A stretch of DNA of 32,000 bases, from the NCBI RefSeq assembly GCF_000400465.1, contig NW_008806294.1, positions 1-32,000 of the forward strand, given 5' to 3'. This document shows positions 30,601 to 32,000 of this stretch, in pieces. The stretch's first letter is position 1. Each line of letters starts with the position of its first letter. The notes below the pieces were generated by a model, which was given only the letters and a program-made list of their open reading frames with translations, searched no databases and had not been told where the DNA came from. The DNA is from Wallemia ichthyophaga EXF-994 (taxonomy: Eukaryota; Fungi; Basidiomycota). The translations under genes and the position numbers were made by a program.

Positions 30601-31686
30601 GGTTGAAGAGATGACGATATGATTTCAACTTCCTGAGTAAATGAGAGCTGTATGGGTTTTAGCGTTGGTGTATCCAGCTAATTAATTACCCACTTTTAAT
30701 GCCTTGGCTTGCACTTTGTTTACTTCGTCCTTAGGCATCCCGCCGACGCGCTTTTTCTTGCCATTGAAATCTAAACCAGGGACACTGATACCTGGAGAAG
30801 CACTCGTACCCAGCGTTTCTGCTCTCCACCACCTGCCAACAGCATTAGGTGAGTGATGAACATTTGCGACAGAAGCTTCGTCGGCGTATGTCCAAGCAGC
30901 TGGATCCTTTGGCAGACCAGATACCAAATACAAACTAGCAAGTGGAGTCTGTGTGGCTAAACTTGATGACGTTGCTGGTCTCGCCGATGTCGGTTTCTGT
31001 GGTTCCAAGAAGCTGGATTTAAGTGGGGGAAGTGGAGAAGGATCAACCTGATCGGGGTATTTGATTTGAGGCTCACGATTAATTTTGGTATCAAGATCAG
31101 ACTCACTTGGGGACCCGAGCAACGAAGTCATAGCTTTTCGGTTTTGTTGCTTTTGTCTGCGTTTCAAATCAATCGAAGTGTGTTCCACTTTCAGGGGACC
31201 GAAGTCATCCAAGTCTTCGGAATTGCTGTGACTCGGTGATGGCGTTGATGATAGCGGCTGAGAGGGATTTGATGGGAGATCAGGAAGACGTTTGTCTTGT
31301 AAAATTGATGTTGTAGATTTTCGGCGTGACTGTGGCTGTGGCTGTAGCTGAGATTTTGGCCGTGGCTGTGGCTGCAGCTGCCCTAGCTGCTGCTGCATTT
31401 CAGTATTTGCCTTTGGCTGCGCCGTTGAATAATCGATAACGTCGAATTTCGGAGTTATATGAATTGGCTCTAAATCTGTGAAATCCGTATCAATTACGGA
31501 GAGTGGTATAATTGGTTTATCGTCTGATGCTTGTTTTGGGGTAGAATGTACGTAGCTGTAGTCAACGGGCTTCCTTTGCGATTGGCTGCATTCCATTAGC
31601 TGACATTCTAAGGCTGTACACTCCACTAACCTCTTGTTCCCTTCTTTAGCCCTACTATCTCTCCTAATCGCTGGCCTAAGCTTCAT
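27663..31686 (-). CDS. DENN-domain protein (putative Rab GEF) with C-terminal coiled coil, 3 exons
   Basis: Probable ATG at 31686. Motifs LASLYLVSGLPK, GRWWRAETLG, KALK|LSF..EVEII, TYYGVVLQTWSHAD, FWLPYSLTLVSTHPIYDVLADYL, WPLFKCLSIENILTVCEIALAPTGRILFLSRYPQML, then a long heptad region. The 5' end is uncertain. Confidence 0.85.
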
Positions 31687-32000
31687 CGTTGCATCCAACG
31701 GCCCTGTAATCCAATTTATTCACTTGGTGGTCAAAGCGTCAGCTTAAGGGTTCTTGTAAAATGTTTTTTAATGAATTTGTCCCGTAAGTATTTTGAATCA
31801 CCCTCAGCCCTTTCTTAGCCTCTCTCTCTGTGTCTTGCCTTTCGTGTGCCCCGTCTATCACTTCTCCAGATTCAGGAACTGCACTCGGACCGGTAAATTT
31901 TCTAATTCGAATTCTTCTTTTAGTACATATCATTCATATACGCAATTATGACAGCTAATTCCAATCAAAAGCCTCCTTATAAATAAGCGGACGTTGCTGA

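Noticed and set aside
31739-31933. 64-aa minus-strand ORF as an upstream exon of the DENN gene
   Set aside because: I found no donor of compatible phase for the nearby acceptor. The ATG at 31686 is adequate, and the region is more likely promoter or UTR.
1-32000. Transposons, tRNA/rRNA genes, CRISPR arrays, secondary-metabolite cluster
   Set aside because: I saw no terminal repeats, transposase or RT motifs, cloverleaf patterns, repeat-spacer arrays or backbone synthase genes. The GH2 and GMC genes are isolated among housekeeping genes.

Overview
Eukaryotic (fungal) chromosomal DNA that is very gene-dense, with mostly 45-60 nt spliceosomal introns. The orthologue types and extreme compaction suggest a basidiomycete with a small genome, such as Wallemia; this is inference, not an identification. 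I reconstruct 17 protein-coding genes: GPC1, a secreted GH2 glycosidase, CDC45, a WDR89-like WD40 protein, VMS1/ANKZF1, NOT4, SMI1/KNR4, NSA2, YIP1, a C9orf78/Tls1 homologue, a small INO80-subunit-like coiled-coil gene, eIF2-gamma, a 560-aa hypothetical protein, a GMC oxidoreductase, SEM1/DSS1, a SIN-type Cdc14 and a DENN-domain protein. I found no RNA genes, transposons or CRISPR arrays. This is mainly a housekeeping region, and I see no clear multi-gene novel system. The observations most worth following up are: (1) the GMC oxidase appears to be a type-I membrane protein whose TM-to-tail junction is split by an abnormally long 367-nt intron, allowing alternative C-termini and containing a candidate antisense nested transcript; (2) three head-to-head gene pairs have start codons only 23-38 nt apart; (3) the Vms1 zinc finger is degenerate; (4) there are kilobase-scale GC swings, including one inside a single ORF, and the GC-rich block at 24.4-28.3 kb also holds the long introns. 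All exon boundaries were inferred by eye.
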